Of a stretch of 64,000 bases of DNA, positions 59,175 through 64,000 are shown piece after piece. The notes beneath the pieces are model-generated. The model was not told the DNA's origin. It saw nothing but the letters and a program-made list of their open reading frames with translations, and made no database searches. Made by a program: the position numbers and the translations under genes. The stretch comes from Kondoa subrosea (Eukaryota). The DNA lies in assembly GCA_039545335.1 (NCBI GenBank), contig BCIN01000001.1, positions 1,038,604 through 1,102,603 of the forward strand, read 5' to 3'. Position 1 is the first letter of the stretch; each line of letters opens with the position of its first letter.

Positions 59175-59396
59175 CCTAGTGATCCAGTGACTTTCTAGCG
59201 AGCTCACGCATCATCGACAGCACGAAGAGTCTCGTCCTTGAAATGAGATTTCCATTGTTTTGTTTTTCTTGCAAGTCTTTTGACCTTTCACAATCACTCG
59301 AGCTCCAATCTTGTGGCCTAGCACTCAAGCACTGGACGCCTTATACCATCCAGACGCTTTCATTCGTCTGTATACCCTTCTGTCCTTACTCGCATA

Positions 59397-62300
59397 ATGT
59401 CTCGTTCTTCACCACCATCAAATCAGCAAATAGACATTGAAATCCTCGAGCAATGCAAGGAGAATGTGCTGCCTATCTCAACAGGCCGTTCAGCTTCAAA
59501 GCTATCAACTTTATTGACCTCTGATCGAAAATCTGTGGATGCGCAACTGAAAGAAGGTCATCTAAAGTTTAAGGAGGAAATAGCTGCTATAGAGAACGGA
59601 ACTTTGGAAGAAGATGACTCTCTGGATGTGTACCATCGTTATGTTCGATGGACGCTTTCCTCTTACCCTTCTGGTCCATCTCATGCTTCCCATCTCGTAC
59701 CTCTACTGGAACTCACTACAAGACGCTTTGTCAAAGATCAGAGATATAAGTCAGACCTACGATATTTGAGGTTGTGGATTCTGTATGCGAAATATGTCGA
59801 TACACCTCGGGATATCTATCGATTCTTGGAGGCGAACGAAATCGGTGTCGGTGCAGCGAGCTTCTACGAAGAATGGGCAGGAGTCGAAGAAAACAACAAT
59901 AAGTTTGTCCTTGCTCCTTTACGCCGCTACACCTCATCTTATTAGCGTGGCAGTTTCAAGGAAGCAGATTCCGTCTTTCAATTAGGTATAAACAGAAGAG
60001 CTGAACCACTTACGAGACTCAAGAAACGTCGAGATGCATTCCAAGCTCGAATGGCTCTAGCACCTGCCTCTCAAGTAGCTGAAGAAGATTCCCAATTATC
60101 AGCTACACCATCTTTAGGAGCTTCGACCTCTCGTCGAACTGGGTTAGGCGCTTCTCAAAGTGGTTTGACATCTACAACAAGACCTCCTGCACCTAATGGA
60201 GCTCTCTTTGCTGTCTTTTCTGATGAGGGTGCACCAAAAGATGCGGAAAGTCAGAAAGCTGGATGGGAAGATTTGGGTACTAGGGATTCGAGGAGGAGAG
60301 AAAATACCAAGGAAGCTACTTCGTGGAAAGGAGAGACTTTGAGTATGTCCACAGGAGCAGGAGGAGGCATGTTTGCTGGAGAGCGGCTAGAAGTATTTCG
60401 CGATGAGGTATGCTCGAGTGCTTAACATACACAAGTTTCAGCTCACCTGGTAATGTAGGACGCTCCTGCCCCGATACATAAATCAAAAGTACCCGAAACA
60501 GAAGTCTTTTCAGCGCGTTCGTTACGTGGACCTAGCGAAGCTGAATCTCTTCGATCGAATCCGTTCAAGAACTATGCAACGGATACGAAAGATCTCTCTT
60601 TCGATCTACCCTCTGCTATTTTGCAAGCTTCGAAATCAAAAAGAGCCAAATTGGAATTAGCTGCTTCCCAAACAAAGAAAGCAAAGAAACCTTTGACAAC
60701 TTCCACTTCCGCCGTACCGGGAACAGTACCAAAGAAGGAACAAGTAGCATCACCAGTGCGTCCATGCTGTTTCGCGGAAGAATTGATCTAATTAATCTAG
60801 CGAACAGCTGGGTGAAGTGTATCCCGAAGACGAAACAGGTCAACTCGAATTTAGTTTCGAAGAGATCTACGCAAGGAGAAAAGGTCATTATAGTCTAGAT
60901 GGCCAGAAACAAGATGCTCGATGGGGCTCTCAAGCTAGAGAAGAATGGATGACGGAAGCTGCAAAATCTGGAGAACCCTTCAAAGTCGATTTCAACGGCA
61001 GTGAGTTGCCCGTCGAATCTCTATTTTCCGTGCTGAAAGGGAAACAGATGCCATTTTGTATGATCCTCATACGGGAGAAGGCAATTTTGCATACTTGCGA
61101 CAGCGGCAAGCTGCCGAAAGATCCAAACGGAAAGAAGAAGCTCGTCAAGCCGCAGAACTAGAAGAAGCTCGATTAGCAGCCGAAGCTGAGAAGCAGAAGA
61201 AAGAAGCGGAAGCAGAAGCAGAACGAGTTCGCCTTGAGGCAGAAAGAAGCCGACTTGCGTCTTTCTCGATGAAATCGATCTCTCCTGTTCGTCCACCTGT
61301 AACGGCTAGATCCAATACAAGCAAACTTCCTTCTCCTACTATCAACACAAGAGCAGCTCTAGCTGAAGTCAATGATATGTTTGGCAGTACAATGCGGTTC
61401 GATGATTCTCTCGGCTCAGCGACAGAAGATGAAAGCGCTACGGCTTCTGAGACGGAGGATGATGAAATACAGCCAAGTCAAGCGAGTCAACCTGGTGATT
61501 ATGTGAATGATTCATTCTGGGGTGCTGTTCAGAGTCAAGCAAGTCAGCCGACACAAGCTAGTCAAAGCGGTCATCAACGCCGACGAAGTCCATTGCTCGA
61601 CGAAGGCGATTCAGATAGCGATATTACTCCTCCAGCTCATAATGTTCAAGCAGATGAGAATGGCGGGCGACAACCGCTCGCCAGACCAACAGCATCTCGC
61701 GGTCTTCAGCCCAAAGCCCTGGCTCCAGCAGCACCTCTGCCTGCAGTAGTAGAGGATGATAGCGAAACTGAATCTGAACCGGAAGAGCAAACTACTCCTT
61801 TCCCTATAATACGTAATCCTCCGCCTTCCGCCAAGATTGAGATCTTTCAAGATGCCGAACCTCAACGACAGTCACCTCGTCGAAAGTCTGGCTTCCGGAT
61901 GGGAAGAAGACCGCCTGGCGAGGGTTCTCGCTTTGCACCAATGGTTGATACAATGGAACCGATCGTCGAAAGAACGGTCGAACTCGCTGGTACTGGCAAT
62001 AATCTACACGCACAATCGTCTCTTTTAGAAGAGGAGGACGAAGACCTGGAGGAAGCGGAACAAGCTTTTGTTGAAGAGGAAGACGCAGACGAAGTGATTC
62101 TGGCGCCGACGTCTCAAGCTCTTCTGTCAACAGCAGAAGCACATGTTCTTTCTCCTGTTGCCGAGCTGTCGTATGCTGATCTATCCCTGCCTACTACTCT
62201 CGTTCCGCAATCGGAAATGACCAGAAAGAAGAGCTTCGCAACTTTCAATCAATCTAACAATTCGCTCAATCTCAATGAGCTATCCATCACTGGTAATCAA

Positions 62301-63545
62301 TCATACACAGCTTCTATGGTCATCGATTCTACCTCTTCCGGTATTCCAAATCCTTGCATACCTCATGCTCCAGCGACTCTGACAGCACTCGCTCTAGCAA
62401 CCGGTTCAGACAAGGCAGAACATCACTATGATCTCTCGACACAAACAGCTGCCAAGTTAGAAGAGATTGAACGGCATCTCAAACCTAAATCTCGCAAATC
62501 CGCATCGAGTTCGGAGGAAGGATGTTTCCTCAAACTTGGACCACAACTCTTCTCTGTTAGGACAAAGCTAGGCGAAGGTGGCTTCGGTGCAGTCTTCCGA
62601 GTCGCCAATACCGAAGCTCTAGAAACCGAAGATGACGAACGACCTGCCTTCCTCGCGCTGAAAGTAGAGAAACCCGCAGCAACATGGGAATTCACCATAC
62701 TTCAGCGCTTAAGATCTCGAACTGCCTCAGATCCTCGAATGCTGCATTCAATCATCACGCCTTACAGCCTTTATCAGTTCGCCGACGAATCGCATTTACT
62801 GCTCGAAGTTTGCGACCAAGGCACTCTTCTTGATGCAGTCAATCAAGCAAATACCTCTGGTATAGGTGCAGCAGGCGGTCAAGCAGGCATGGACGAGACT
62901 CTGGCTATCTTCTTCGTCATCGAACTTCTTCGCGTCCTAGAAGGTTTCCATTCGTCTGGTTTCATTCATGGTGACTTCAAAATTGATAATGTCTTGGTTC
63001 GATTGGACGAAGTACCAGGAGGAACAAGAGCTTGGTCTAGTCAATATCAACGAGATGGATCTTCAGGCTGGTCGAGCAAAGGTATCAAGATCATTGATTA
63101 TGGTCGAGCAATTGATGTTCGAGCTTTCCCTTCACCCCAGCAACAATTCGTTGGCGATTGGCCAACGGATGGAAGAGATTGTTTGGAAATGCGTCAAGGA
63201 AGATCGTGGACTTACGAACCGGATTACCACGGTTTAGCAGGAATCGCTTACACTCTGCTCTTTGGCAAGCACTTTGAAGCGGAAGCGACTGTTCCTTCTG
63301 GCACAGGGTTACAATTGGCTGGAAAACCTTTCCGCCGGTATCATCAGGTTGAACTGTGGACTCGCTTATTTGGGCTTTTACTGGATCCTCATTCTGTCAA
63401 ATCGGATCACAGTCTACCTGTAACAGAAGAGCTCTCTTCCATGCGTCGAGAAATGGAGGATTGGCTAGAGAAGAATGCAGATAAAGGAGGCAGGAATTTG
63501 CGGTCGATGTTGAAGAAGCTTGAGATTGCTCATTTGAGTCGCTAG
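59397..63545 (+). CDS. BUB1: Spindle-checkpoint kinase Bub1 (KEN box, TPR domain, GLEBS-like motif, kinase)
   Basis: CKENVLP..GRS, RYKSDLRYLRLW, EFSFEEIYA, LGEGGFGAV, ALKVEKP..WEF, IHGDFKIDN, IIDYGRAID. Confidence 0.95.
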
Positions 63546-63797
63546 GAAGTGATTGTAGGGTCGGTATCATTCTTGTGTAGATAGTTCACAGCTTGTTGTA
63601 ACGTTGAGTGGTCAGACTTGGTCATTGCATGCATTTGGTTTTGGTAGACTCCATTACAATCATATGGTTTTAACACCGATCCTGATCTGCTACAACAACA
63701 GATTAGCCTAGCGTAGGATCAGTAGAAAAGCGCGTACTTCTTGACTCTTCGAGGCATCGAAAGCAATGCTTCCTTACATCCAAATGTGATGCAATCT

Positions 63798-64000
63798 TCA
63801 CTTCTTGACCCACATTTGATACTCCCATTTCGCTTCACCTTGCTCCTCCTTCTCATTCTGGCTATCCAGTTTCTCTCCAATCCAGTCTTTCAGTTCCCCA
63901 AACTCCGCCTTTTTCCAACTTTCATCCTCTTGATATTTAGGGAAGAAAGTATCGCATTCATAATCCGGTTGAAGTATAGAAGTGATGAGCAATCGATTTG
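63798..64000 (-). CDS. DFR1: Dihydrofolate reductase, 3' end (truncated by window edge)
   Basis: LLITSI..DYECDTFFP..W..EYQMW. Confidence 0.8.
   Translation of the reverse strand, partial: NRLLITSILQPDYECDTFFPKYQEDESWKKAEFGELKDWIGEKLDSQNEKEEQGEAKWEYQMWVKK

Overview
Gene-dense, intron-rich fungal nuclear DNA (short GT-AG introns with CTRAC/YAG ends; gene content suggests a basidiomycete, probably Pucciniomycotina, which is an inference). About 27 genes can be read, most of them housekeeping: NTH1, DDB1, a CDC25-type RasGEF, PRM1, TRM6/GCD10, chitin deacetylase, NUG1, an MBOAT acyltransferase, TAF11, an MFS transporter, BUB1 and the DHFR 3' end. The dominant unexplained structure is a pair of long inverted repeats. 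Positions 20794-22389 mirror 40109-41704 (1596 bp each), and an older diverged extension at 17260-17743 mirrors 41725-42223. The arms enclose a 17.7 kb block (DDB1, RasGEF, PRM1, a small secreted protein, and an acyltransferase-3/egghead-like glycosyltransferase fusion). Each arm holds an intact borealin-like gene. The innermost 495 bp is identical in both arms and contains the glycosyltransferase's last exons, so an inversion there would leave every gene intact. This resembles yeast flip/flop inversion systems, but no MAT gene was recognised and assembly homogenisation is not excluded. Second highlight: a ~270 bp strongly structured element (minus-strand UUCG and GCAA tetraloops, G-U wobbles) present in only one copy of a tandem duplication. 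Exon boundaries were read by eye and are approximate.
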